A stretch of DNA of 55,397 nucleotides, filler included, from Sphacelaria rigidula (taxonomy: Eukaryota), in NCBI GenBank assembly GCA_964200075.2. It is 4 parts of 4 records of this genome, joined end to end, with 100 filler letters (N's around TTAATTAATTAA, not from the genome) between each part and the next. Parts side by side here need not be neighbours in the genome. Positions count along the whole stretch, not along the records: positions 1 to 13,776 come from CAXNAA020002676.1; positions 13,877 to 27,650 come from CAXNAA020002677.1; 2 more parts are not named here. One strand, 5' to 3'. The notes under the pieces were generated by a model that was not told the DNA's origin, did not search any database, and worked only from the letters and a program-made list of their open reading frames with translations. A program made the position numbers and the translations under genes. Positions 11,161 through 24,300 of this stretch are shown here, piece after piece (the stretch's first letter is position 1; every line of letters begins with the position of its first letter).

Positions 11161-13776
11161 CTGTTGACATGGAGTGCTCGACGTCCTGTACTGGTACACG
11201 ATAATACAATCAACCTACAATGTCCATGTATGATGGATCCTAAATAGCTATTTTACATCATATTTTATGCAGATACATGATGTATTCCGGGATATATATT
11301 ATTTTTAACAATAAATGTGAATTATGCAGTGCTGTGTTGGCATGTGGATTATGATGACAGCCAATTAGATAGAGTATGGCAGTCAGCATTGGGTAAATCG
11401 CATCAAGACGGCAGTGGAGTATTGGAGATGGTCCTGGGCTTCAATTCATCAACATGCGTGCGTCACATCTGGCTTTCGCGTGCCTAGCTGTGCGATGCAG
11501 TAGATTTGCGGAGAGGAAACAAAATTTCACTGCCACTTTCGCTGGTGTTGATGAGCAAGCGGGAGAACAAGCTGCTGGCAGTGGGGTTGGAGCACCGGCA
11601 AGGAAGATATTGATTCTTGATCCCGCCTGCTCAGGATGCTTGAACGTGAGACAGACAGTACGATGCGCTGCGATACAAATAGATATTATACGATTATTTC
11701 AATTATATAATTTATGCTGTACTGTTGACTGTTGTGCAATCGCAGCATATGACCAGCTCATCCAATCTGTGATTTACTCGAGCTTGCATCTTCCACTGCC
11801 AATGTTGCGCATGAAACAATGTCACGCTATTTACCATCCCTACGAACACAACACCCGGGAGAGTCCGTGGGCCCGATGAAGGACGAAATCACAATCGCTT
11901 TGGCCTGAAGCCGTCGATTATGCCCGAAGCTATCGTCTCCGAGAACTCCAAGTACTCAGTGTAGCCCAAAGACTATTGATGGATACTTCCACCCCGATGA
12001 CATACCTATACAGTCGACAGACACGATGGTCATTTTCCATTCTGGCATGTGCAACCCCGATCTTCCGGAACTCGCTTCGTAGTTTCTGACGTATACGTTA
12101 ACTTCACCCACAAGTGAGTCATGCTAGCAGCCATCGTTCAAGGACCGAACTGTGTTCTCAGCCGCACGAAATGATTCAATTTTTGCTGCTCGTTTTTCGT
12201 CTTGATCATAAAATATTACTTTGCGGCAACCGAATATGGACTTGGGGCTTGGTGTAATGGTGGGTGTTTCGAATTGTTGATGATACTTATCGGGTCAGAA
12301 AAAGTGTCCGGGCGGTTCGATGACACCATAGCGACCAGAGACAACTCATTCATCTTTCCTTTTATTGCTGGGATGCTCAGCCCGGGTACACTTGATTTTA
12401 GAGTCCACCCTTTTCACGGGTTAGCCCCGCGTTCAAGACACGCCTTCCCTGTTCACACGCTACGTACTCCTCGACACCATCCATACCCCACCCTATAGCA
12501 GTGACCTTGTCCTGGTGCTTTGAACGCGATCCCTTCAAACCTTGAAAAAAAAAATCCGGCTGACGGTGCTGACCGCGGGACGTTCCTCGGAAGGGCCACT
12601 GCTGTATGCTGCGTTCGAGTTTCAAACACTTGACGCAACAATCAGCGCGCGAATCGCACACGTTGCCGAACAGAAGGGGGCGAGGAAAGGCAGCTTCTCG
12701 ATGGTGTGCCCCGATGGTGTTTACCACTTGGTCGATGAAGAAATTTCTCGGCAGCATAATATTTCGAACCAACACCAACACCAAACCTAACCCTAACCCA
12801 AGGCATACCGAGAACCCTGGGTCAAGGGGGGTGCAAAACATGCCCTAGGCAAAATATGGCGTTGGCAGACCACCGATTTCGACGAACCCAGCGGGGGAGG
12901 GACAGAAGGCAACACCATACTGTACCATACAGCATTGTACTGCTGTACTGTGCGTTTTAGTTCGGCTCTGTCTCGATCTATAAAGGCACCCCCAGGGTGG
13001 GTCATTCGTGTTGCATTAGCATAGTTTTGACGTGAAATGAATGAACAGACTGTACGGGCGATGCAATGCAGCAGGGCGGTATGCCTGTCATGGGTACAGA
13101 AGGCCTTCTACGCTTCTTTTCCGACCGGCCGAAATAATCATTTGCATGTCATTGACTTACGCCATTTTTCCATCAGGAAGATCCGGGACACTTCTTGAAG
13201 AAAGTTCGCGTATGTTTTTTTGGGTCAGATTAGCATCCCTGATGTATGTTTGGGATATCCATAGTAAGTGTAGCTGTTTTAGTGGGGTGTGCGTGGGTAC
13301 CTGTAGCGTACACTCGGTACCGGGTGTTTGATGATAGTCGATGCGGTCAAAGCATTCACTAAAACACCATGATAGGCACGTCAGCTTCGCGGCACATGAC
13401 TCTTGCTGGCGAGTTCAAGCTCTCTAGGCATCATACTACACTTTTGATATGTAGTTTTGCTGTCTGTGGAATCAGCACCATTTTCAGACCTTTTTCAAGT
13501 GACGGTGATGCCGATTCCACAGCTGGACTACCTCTGGCGGTTAAAGGGTTGAAGTATCATATCATTTCCATTTTTTTGGGGGGTTTGAATACTGTAGTGT
13601 CGGGCAGGCTTTGTTCTTGAAAGCTAGTATGACACTGTGCTCAAGCGATAACCTCACTTTTTTACGCTTTTCGCGTTGTGAGTTTTGATTCTTATCTCTT
13701 TCAGCTTCAACCGTGCCATCGTCGGGAAAACAAAAGAAAACAGTACGAGCTGGGTCAGCCTAGAGGCTGCATGAAC

Positions 13777-13876
13777 NNNNNNNNNNNNNNNNNNNNNNNN
13801 NNNNNNNNNNNNNNNNNNNNTTAATTAATTAANNNNNNNNNNNNNNNNNNNNNNNNNNNNNNNNNNNNNNNNNNNN
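13777..13876. other. Artificial linker (N44-TTAATTAATTAA-N44)
   Basis: 100-bp N run with a six-frame stop spacer. Confidence 0.98.
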
Positions 13877-13890
13877 GAATCGTGAGGAGT

Positions 13891-13945
13891 CCCTGAACTA
13901 GACATAATTTCGCGAAAAAAGTGCACCCCTACCGTGGCATTGCTC
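13891..13945 (+). repeat. Interspersed repeat shared with 29693-29747
   Basis: The 27-mer aagtgcacccctaccgtggcattgctc is exact in both places, with similar upstream ccctgaa..agaca. Confidence 0.75.
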
Positions 13946-15724
13946 TATTAGTAGTGTATGAGGTAGCAATTAGCTCGGTAGCGCGAAAGATGTTCATGGT
14001 TCAAAACGACGTCGAGTCTTTTCTCTGAAGCAGAATCTTTTTGCTTTGTCGCAAATCCCGTTGTAAGTAGGTGTTCATTCATCCCTTCCTGTTCTCGGCT
14101 TCGCTCCCGACGGGCTTGTAGTTTGTCACGGGCTACGATACCGTGCGGATAGGTCACGGCGTCCCATCACTGTGGTCCTCGACTGCGGGACTGCGGCATG
14201 CGCAAATTCCCTGGGAATATATCCATCCCGGCAATTGCACGGTGATCGATACACCGTAGTTAATGCCTCGTGAGTACGGATTCATTTCAAACCTGTTGGG
14301 CCCCATCTTCACGGACCGAAAACGCGCTCTGCTGGCTGGTCGTTAGTGTAAGGAGTAATAACATATTCATGCCGAAGGTCGTTTTCAGTTTTTCTTTCCC
14401 TGCAGTGTTCGTCTTACTCTAACCCCAGAGAACAACCGAAACTTTTCTGTACAAAATCATTTTGTTTTTTACCCGAAAGGGCCCAGCCCATCCAAACACT
14501 ACATTGGTGTCTTGTTTGCCACTCACGTTGCAAAAGGACTTGATTATTATTGTATAAGGATATGTTCTCCCTTGGGCACACTCTTCCTGCACGAGCAAAA
14601 GAAGAGCGACTTTTTTTTTTCATCTTTGACCGCTTGGTCGCTCCGCCCTCTGCTGATGTGATCGGTTGAGCGTCACCGTAAAAATAACACAAAATCCAAG
14701 TCAACGCTACATTCATGTAGCACTATCACGGGATGAGATATAGTAGGGTCAACTCAGAATCACTTCAAAACATCCTTTCCGATCGTTGTTTGAATTTCAC
14801 ATACGTGCCTGCTGGATAGCCGCCCAAATTTTCACGGCAGACCGTTAAAGTTTCTGGGCCAAAACCCACACCGTGAGGAGAAGAAGTTCGTGATAGAACA
14901 CCCTTTGGGCCTTTAAAGATGTTTATCTTCCCCCGTCCGGTTAACTAGCCTTCCGTCGGTGGACCCGGAGCCCGAAAGCTTCAAGTAAAGTTATTTAGAG
15001 CCTAGTTTGCACTACCACATCCTCGTCGACGTCGACGTTGGCAAGGATATGCGCTTCCTGTTGTGAGAAGTACTCTCCCTCTTTTCTGGAAGCAATAGTG
15101 CCGCATACTATCTTCATTGGCGAGCCCACTGATCCCGACTAGCAACGTGAAAGTGTAGCGGCCATCGGCCGGGTGCGTTGCTTCAAGCCGTGCGTTAACT
15201 GTGGTGTAAGAAATCGACTATGTGACCCTGAATTTTGGTCCTGAACAGAAGAAACACGTGGCATTTTGAAAAAGAGTGAAACTCGCCATCATAGTTTCAG
15301 AGCCTCGAAAACTCACAGGGTAGTTGGTATACTTGCCGCAATGGGCGACAAGTCCGAAAATCGAGTCTTTTACTACCTAGTGTTTTTTTTTCTTCCCTCC
15401 CCACACCGTATGTTTTGGAATTATTAGTCAGCGATTTGACACAAGAAATTGTCTAGACCCTTGAGCACATGTAGGATCCCTCCCCCAGATGTGATCCATC
15501 GTGCTCCGTCTCGAAACGGATGCTTGGACAATGGTCAAATGACAAAGGCAAACAGGAAATGAGTACACCCCCCCCCCCATGAAAAAGTCGGAGATACTTG
15601 CTTCCTTCGAAAGCCTGAGGATTTCTTATTTGCGTGAGCTCTGTCCACCAAGATGGGGCAGTGGTCCTGATACACTGCACTGCTCCTTTCGTGCGCGTTG
15701 TTATGATGTTTTTTTTTGTGTCAG

Positions 15725-17410
15725 GTTCGACCGGATGGATCGCAACTCAAGGACCCCGGGATGCCCAGCTCGCACGCGATGGTGAGCTCTCGGTGTGTGT
15801 TCAACGGTGTGCTTCGTTGTTCCTGACACCTGTGTTTTTTTACCTGAGGTGAAACATGCGTTGCACTGGATGCGGATTGGACGAAAACATTACACAATGC
15901 AGGCACCCTACATGCTGTTCGCTTTTGCGTCTGTACTCATCGTATGCGAGTGGATGCGCAATGTCGAGAGTCGAAGATTCATAGATGAGTGCGTGTTCAT
16001 CGAGTACGCATAACACGCTCGTATGCGCCAAGTCTTGACGCCTCTGACCACAAAACGCACGTAAGTTGTACCCTGGATGAGGTGCGGCAAGGGCACAACG
16101 TCTGAGCACTCCATAACCCACAAGGAGATACGACTTTTGGTTTGGCTTCATCCCCAGCTTGCGCAGTTTCCCAGCCGAGTCCCTATCGCGCATTCACCGC
16201 GCTGCTTTCGTGTTCCCGACATGCTACGCCCCACGTTCTAATTCCCATCGCCAAGCCCTACAACCTGCTCCGCCATGTCCGTCTCGTTGTTTGTCTCGCT
16301 TCATTTTTATTCGCCCCGCAGTCATTGTTTTTTCTTGGAACCTATCTGGTCATCGCGCTGCAGCAGTACGGAGTCACGGACTCCGCGGTGCCGAACTGGC
16401 CTCTCAACCCCGCGGAAACGCAGGCAGTGATCGCCCTGTACGCCATCACAGCTAGGTGTGTCTGGTCTTGCGGGAAATACTCTCACTCATGTAGGATTAC
16501 CTTATTTGCAAGCCAACGACTCAGGAAGTTCGGCCGCAAATATGTGAATTCTTCTCGCCCCCTCCCGTGCCCCTTTCCTGCGGTGAATTTTTTCAAGCCT
16601 GTGGAGGGTGAAGGCGGGGTTTCACACGCTACCGCAGGTGTCAGTCGGTGCAGTGGTGGGATCGGTCGACGCCGCCTTGTGGTACTACGCTGCACGAGGC
16701 TATGTTACGCAACAGGTACGTGTAGAACGGAGGGGGGGGGCGGAAGGCATTGATTGTGGCGGTAGGTTTTCGGCGCGCTTGTTATTGTCGCACAAATCCC
16801 TGACATTTCAGCCATCAATTTCAATTGCTGACGGAACCATGAGACGCCCACGGTTTGGCCTCGGTCCTGACTGGTCCCTGCAGTGTTGTACTCTTTGTTG
16901 TGTCCTAGGTTTCATTTCCGGACAGGTTTGCGCAAGATTTCCCCAGTGCTCCCCGCGTAACACCCACGAAACCGCTCCTGTTCGCCATAGATGCTACCTG
17001 AATATAAATCGTGCGGTGGTGCTCTGGATTCTAACTTTCTTGGCGACTCCACATAGGGGAGCGATCTTGAGCCCGAGATATGCACCGGTAATGTTGCCGG
17101 ATTTCTCAAGCACAGCAGACGTACGGAATTTGGCTCCCGGATTCGGCCCCCGAAAATTTGATACGACAGTACTCGTATTAACCATCAACCGTCCTTCCTT
17201 ACTTCGTCCGCCTGACTCTCCCTCCCCTCACTTTTCGGCTGGTGGTGTGCACATCAGGTCGAAGACTATTTCGGGGGGACCGAGATACCGGTGGCAGTGA
17301 CTCTGTCGATATGTTTACTCACGTTTTTCACATTTGGGAACGTACGACGACGAATGGGGGAGATTTGGGGCCCACAGGGTAGTGCTGATGTTGTTGAAAA
17401 GGATTTGTGA
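15725..17410 (+). CDS. PAP2-family lipid phosphate phosphatase (LPP-epsilon/DOLPP1-like), 3' four exons
   Basis: Exons 15725-15781, 16322-16455, 16598-16715 and 17258-17410 (TGA) are phase-consistent. They carry the PAP2 motifs RP...DPGMPSSHA and SLWRVKAGFHTLPQVSVGAVVG, plus hydrophobic helices. Upstream exons were not located. Confidence 0.9.
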
Positions 17411-17924
17411 GAGCTTCGCCGGTGTTGAAGACTGCTCGGGCAGCTGTTTCCGGCTTCGATTTTTTTTTGCAAGCAACAAATAATATGAGATGTGCGATAC
17501 ATCTCATGCGTTACGACGCCGCGTGAGCAGCATGTTTGTATGATTTCAGCAGCTGCCCTAACGACAGATATGTTTCATACAAGTGTTTTTACCTTTAGGT
17601 CCGAGACAGCGCAAAAAGACTGCGAAAAACCCCCACGAGCCTCTGTATAAAGCACGAAGGATTACATGCCCGCGCATTGAGTCCCAGTGAGAGGTACTGT
17701 CGCGAGTTATATTGGTTCAGTATGGTTACCGTATCGGCACCTGTCCCCCCGCCCCTCCCCGGGAAATAACGCCCACAATCACTGCGCAATCGTCCGCGGG
17801 ACTGTTAGACAGCGCTTTTGGTGCGAAATATACGCTTGGGCCCAGGGGCAGGCGAGATGAGCGTGCGTCTGGGGCCTTGCGTACCGGCTTTTATAGACCA
17901 CAAATATTGCGGGTCCATGGAGGC

Positions 17925-18248
17925 GATTAAATTGTTAGGGTCGTCACAGTGTTCCTTAGTCCGTACATGCTGTCCTTATCTGGTAAGGGTTCAGTCCTAC
18001 TGCACTCGTATTGTTATTTTCCGTAGATATCTGTATATGCAGGAGTGCCATATGATTGAAAGAGACGTTCCAAACTCGTGTGTGCTGATTTAATTGTTCG
18101 GGTCGTCACAGTGTTCCTTGGTCCACACAGGCAGTCATTACCTGGTAAGGGTTCAGTCCTATTGCACTCGTTTTGTCAATTCCCGTAGATATCTGTATAA
18201 GCAGGAGTACCATATGATTACCAGAGACCTTCAAAACTCGTGTGTGCC
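17925..18248. repeat. Tandem duplication, 2 x ~162 bp
   Basis: gattaaattgttagggtcgtcacagtgttcctt...aaactcgtgtgtgc is repeated from 18087. Confidence 0.9.
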
Positions 18249-18326
18249 GTAGCGCGACCTGTTTGCCCAAGCACAAGCGATGGGTGGGTTGCCTGCTGTG
18301 TTCAACTGCGTCTGGTACTTGGCCTA

Positions 18327-21300
18327 CTACGCCGCCTCATTACTGACGAGGAGATCCACCAGCTGCTTCCACTTGGTATCCCAGTGAAGCTCGTCGTCGA
18401 GCATGCGTCCATACCGCTCTTGCACCTCCGCTACGGCATTCTTGCGAAGGACAGACCGTACAAGCACAAGAAGTGGAGCGGTAAGATACGCCAGGAAAGC
18501 AGAAGAAACACCAAACACGGAAGCGACCCACCCACGCAGACTGGTGTGCGTATGTACCACTGTTTTTAGCGTTTACATCTACGCAGTTTTTGGCGCTGAC
18601 GTCAGTGCAGTTTTTCCGCACGAGCGTGGAACAGCATGTGCGAGGGGGGAAATCTACCCGGCGGCACTGTTGACGTATCGAACGGCCAGGACATTCGGAA
18701 CCTCAGTGGGGGTAGAGCTGAAACTGTGCGCCGATCATCCAGCTTCTACACCAAGTTCCTCCACGTACCCTGTACCCTGTACTATGGTGCACTGTCGTGG
18801 TGGGGATATGGCTATCTTTGGAGACAAGTATTATGATCGAATTGATGAAGCTGTCGTCGTACACAATTCAGACCGAAGACATCAATGACCGATCGACGCC
18901 TGGCAACAGTCAGGGGAGGACTATTTCTATATGATTATGTCCGTATGGTACTCCATCCCTCGTCCGTTGAAACGGGCGATTGACTGGCGAGTAGCGTGCG
19001 CTAGTGCTCGAGCAGTTCTATTGACGCATGACGGATGCTCGTTGACAACCGTGCGGAAGACCGTGTGGAAAATTCTTCCCAAAGAACAGTTTACCCTCCC
19101 TCGTACTCGTACCGTACTCCCACCTGTGTTCGACCTACAAGCTGCGACACGACCGCGTCTCTCGCCGCCACCATCGCCCGATGAGCCGTGGTCACAAACG
19201 TTTCCCTTTCCAGCGCCAGCTGTATCCTCTCCCCCCAATCCCGCACCTCCGCCTCGCGCCGAGCCTCGTCGCTTCCCCCGTCATCCTCTTCGAGATTCAC
19301 CGTCGTCGCTGCGACTTGTTTTCCTTTGCCACCGCCACCCGCACTCTTACCCTTTTGCTTACCGGCTTGCACAGAGTCCTTTGCCTTACTGTTGCCTCCC
19401 CCTCGCACCGGCACTTCCTCGGGTACTGGCGCAGCATCCCCGACCACCGCACCCTCATCATTCTTGACTTTATCCAATGATCCCTCATCTGTTGGTTCTC
19501 TAACCGCTGCGATCAGTATCTGGACAAGATCAGACAAATCTGCAACTTTCCAATGCCGTCGTCCCCATCGTCGTCCATTACCAATCGCTGAAGGGGTGAC
19601 AGCTGTGGGAGCAGTGCTATTGTCTGGAGTAGACATGGTGTCTTTTCGCCCTTTGCCCCCTACCGGTAGTTCCTCTTCGTGCTGTTGGGCTTGCTTTTGG
19701 AGGGCCCTGTCAGCCTTACGTAGACGTCTTAGACCTTTCCGTTTTGGCGCCATCTTATCGTCTCCCGGCAGTTTCCCGAGGTCATCAGCCATTACCACAC
19801 TGTGATCAGACGGGTGAGGGAACGAAAACGGAGGAATTTCGCCCTGGTAACGGATGTATGGGGGTAGAACTATCATTAGTTGTGGTATACAAACTTGCAA
19901 CGCTTCCAACCCAGGCAATATTTCTGAGCAGGATACTCGTTCCTCGAGTCGGACGCGATGTCGTGCCTTGAAGCGTATTGTTTCCGGTCCTCTATAACGG
20001 CTGATCCTGCACAAAACCCCCACAGTCCAATGTCTTGTCAATCTTTTGTATCAAGATGTTCATTCAATGATACCTGTACTTCTTGCATCAACCAGGATCA
20101 ACTCTCAATCTCGATATCTGAATACCAAAAATAGCCGGTACCCGTAACGCACGTATCAAGGATAGCTGCGACTCCCTCAAAATTCACAGATATCTTTTCG
20201 GCGCTATCTTTTGCCCCAGCGACTTCCTCCTCCAGCAGCTCTCGCTGGAACGCTGCAATAGCGGCCCGCGCTTCCGCTGCCCGCCCGGCTTCGAGGGTCA
20301 ACAACTCCTGTAATTCGTCTCGTCTATCAGCGGAACCCAGCACTGGGCGGAGTAAACGTTGGTGTTTTTCTCGAGCGGCATTCCACACTGCCAGTGAGTG
20401 CTCGAATTTTCTCTGAATGGGGGAAGGCAATGGCGATCACAGGGTGCGCGTCAAAAGTTTTTCCCGTATGCCAATGAAAAACCGTCAAATGTTGGCTTGA
20501 ATCATTTAGGGCGGGAAGGGACAGCGAATCGGCGATCATCCTCAGAATCCGATCAGGAATGTTTACTGGCTGTCATCGGTGACCACGCACGACCAGCGTG
20601 GTTGCTCTCACCTCTCGTCGTCTCTTCCGAATTGCAGCCGCATGTGCCAGTCTTGACGACAAATCAAACAGCATCAAAGCCGGTGCTCGCGGGCCTGCCG
20701 AGATATCTGGTGGCACTGGTCGCTTGGCAATGAGGAATTCGAAACGCTCCACCTGTTCGAAGGGGACTCGATGGGAAACACAGCGGGGGAGTGTCGCCTG
20801 ATCAGGGGGGGATACATTCCCGATAGCAGGAGAGCGTCGTAAAATAGAGCGCGGAGACGTGTGGATCGAGCCGGCGAACGTATTGAGTGGACCCTCAACT
20901 GGAGCCCTTTTACGATATCCCCCCCAAACAACCCAGCCCACGACTGTATTCAGGAAGCGAACAGTTTACCCATTGAACCAGTGAGCGCTCACTTGCTCAA
21001 TGGTCGAATGTCCGCTTGGTGAACAACAGATATATGGTTCGAGTCCCGACGCGATTGATTGGGGAAGGAAAGTTTGACATCTGAACGGCGAGGCTTGGGA
21101 GGGGCAGGGGGCTGCGGGGATCGCGTCGGGAGGGGTCATACAACATGTCTTTTAGTCAGGAAACGATCAGTTTACCCATAGAAGCAGTGGGTTCACTGGT
21201 TCCATGGGTAAACTGTTCGTTTCCTAAACAAACTGTCACGAAGAAAATGGTCATACAGCGCCCGATGTTTGGTTTCAGGTTGCATGAAGCGCCTTGTATG

Positions 21301-24300
21301 GGCGATATTGGCGAAGACGAAGCTAAGCGTGGGAATTCCCAGCTGCTCGTTGTGCTCGGCTTTTTTCATTTTGATTCACGTGTAGATTCTGCCTCCCCAA
21401 AGCAGACACCTTTTTTTTGGGGGGGGGGGCTATCGTCGAGAAATCCACAGTCAAGCTGGGGATGTTTGCGTACTACAGATGCAAGTATGTCGTACATAGT
21501 CCATGTCTGTCCCGTGCAGCTCTAGAAGCATGCACATGAAATGTGTCCGTCTGGTTCAACACCCTTTGAACTGAAACACTTGACCCTAAGCCCCACCTGC
21601 TCCCTCAGCCCCCTTCGCGCCCCCTCCCTTTGCCCCCCGTCACCTAGAACCCGACCCCGTGATTCCTCTAGCCATGCTCTTAGACTCTCGGGCACACCGT
21701 CTTCGCCCAATAATTCGGTCTTGCCCTCCGACTCATATAGAGATCGGGTTTCAGAACGGCAGCGCGCTTCTAAGGAATCCAGCGCTCCGGCGAAAGTCTC
21801 CTCGCCCTGCGGCATGAGAGTCACCTATTGATGTATTCGAAAGGAAGGAACGTTAGGGCAGGTAGTACGGGGAGACAGGGAGGGGCTATGCCGTGTGCGC
21901 TTGTGTGGTGCAGGAGGTTGTGTGAACCCGTCCGCGATTCAATATTCCTCACCGGCGCATGATTACATTGTCAACATCTATCTGAGAAATTGAATGGTGC
22001 TGCAATATCGATCTACGGCGCACTGGTTCGAAAAGAATTATCGCCGGCACTGGATGCGCCGATTTTTGGCTGTCTTACTGTACCTCGGGATCGAGCTCAT
22101 CCACGTCTGCATCTTGATCCCCTTGCTTGTTGATGATAACTTCTCCATCCATACCCGCACCCGGGACAATCATCAGTCGATCCACCCTCTCCGGCGCTGG
22201 CAAGAACTCAAGGAACGACGCGTGCCGAAACATAGCTTCCCGTAGAGAAATCAATTTTGACCGAAGCTGTTGAGTCAGACTGGTATTGCCGCTGTTGCTA
22301 AGGCTACTTCTGCGTACACGTGCCGCACCCTCCCCAAGCTTTTCTGCAGCAGCCGTGGTCTCCTCTGCACCGCCCCAAGCGGGGCCTCGCTGCCCGTCGA
22401 CTTCCACGCTTGGCACCGTGTCGCCCCTAACGCTTCCCGAGCCCGTGACGTCCGCTCTGATAGGCACGGTAGCTACAGGCCTGTCAGTAGTAGTTCTTTT
22501 GTTTTGCGTTCGTGACGATGAGAGTAGGCCTTCCAGGTCGTTCAGCAGACGGTGCACGGTGTCGGCGCACCTCTGATTCCGCATCACGACCGAACGTAGC
22601 CGCTCCTGCGCGTTCCGTCTGGGAGCGCCATACCTGCATTGCTTCGGCGTGTACCGTCGTTGCGAAGTGAGGGCGTGGCACGAGCTTAGAGAGACGGAGG
22701 CGTCACCGTCCGTCGCAGCCGAATGTATATTCGTTCGCAGACGGTGTACACCGTAACCCGACTATATCGAGTGGGGCGATACAGCCAAATGTTTGATCGT
22801 CCAGACTGCCTGAAAGAGGGCAGACCAATTTCTGTTCAACACCCGCATTTGACCTTGAAAATACCCGCTAGTAGTCGTGCTCGTATTGGAGGTGGCTACT
22901 GTGGATGTGATCAAATCGCGAGGGGGTTTCAGCGATCCACGAGAGGAATCCTCTTGTGCTACCATCCCTGCGAGTCATATCGCGAATCATTTCGTGTTGA
23001 ATATCAGAAACGCCCGAAGGATTGCAGAAACGAGTACAGAAGGCGCTAGAGTACGCTAGTAGGAAAAGGAGAGTGACAGCGAACGTAAACAAATGCGGTA
23101 CTTGTGCGTAACGAAGATTTGGAGAACCCAGTACAGTCCAAATGGAAGTGGTTTTTGATGTATCGATATATTGATGTATTGATGTATTGATTGATTGATC
23201 GTCGCACTTTGACTGACCCCCCAGGGATCCATCCAACCGTGGTCACATGATATATGTTTCCGAGACGAAACAAAATTGAAAGACTCGCTGAAGAAAAGAG
23301 AACGGTAAAAAAAAGGTAGAAGAGAACGACACAGCAGACTCAGACGTGAAAAAGAAAATGAACAAACAAAAGACGAGAAAAAGAAAATCAAAGAAAGAAA
23401 CGGCCGGTTTCTGCCATATGGCTTCGGCGGGTAAAATGTGGAGACGAGGAATTGCCGACAGTAGACCAGTATACATACCTTGGCGTGGAGACCTAGAAAA
23501 TTGTCCTTGGGATGCACACATAGAAAAGGTAACGGGAAAAGGTAAAGCACAAATAGGCAAAATGGGCGTGATCCTAAGAGGCTCGCACCCCGGTGCTAGG
23601 ATTAAGAGGTGTATTCTGATGAATGTTATCGTACCGAAGCTAGAATATGCAGGAGAAATATGGGAAAGGGGCGCGAAGTTGGTGAAGCAGCTGGAAACAG
23701 TACAGATGATAGCAGCCAAGAGAATATCTAACAGCTCCAAAACGACGAGTAATACAGTACGGAGAGCAGAGATGGGAATGCACCCATTCGAAACAAATGG
23801 AGAGATGGGAAAATTGAAGTATCAACACAACGTGAGGAACATACCAAGGACGAAATTGCCAGCCACAGTTGATAGGGCTGCAGGGAAGGAAGAAACGAAG
23901 AGCAGCATGGAACGATGTAGAATAACTAGCCGGGAAAACATAAACACACGCAGGAGGAAACAAGACGAGATCATGTCCATGGGTGAATGTGGGGGGTACA
24001 CGACGATGGTGAGAGACATGATAGAAATCGGGGCGAAAAATGCTAAGACGGAAAGTGGACAAGGGAGAGTACCCGAAGATATACGGGGGATTGAGAGAAG
24101 GGTTAGGGATGAAATATAGCTGCACGGCCCAATGGACTAGACGAATAAGTTGAAAATGCGATTTCGGGTGAGGGGCTTGGGCCTGCCAGGAAGAAGGAAG
24201 AGGTACACCAGTAGTCGGGTGGAGGAGGAAGTAGATGCACATAATGGCCTCTGTGGCAAAGCAATAGAGAGAAGAACTCATGAAGTGGCAGAATATGGAA

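Noticed and set aside
12786-12799. Telomeric (CCCTAA)n tract
   Set aside because: Only about two units and internal; too short to be meaningful.
20985-21055. Functional tRNA gene
   Set aside because: A/B boxes are present, but the acceptor and anticodon stems do not pair properly and it is embedded in an inverted-repeat element.
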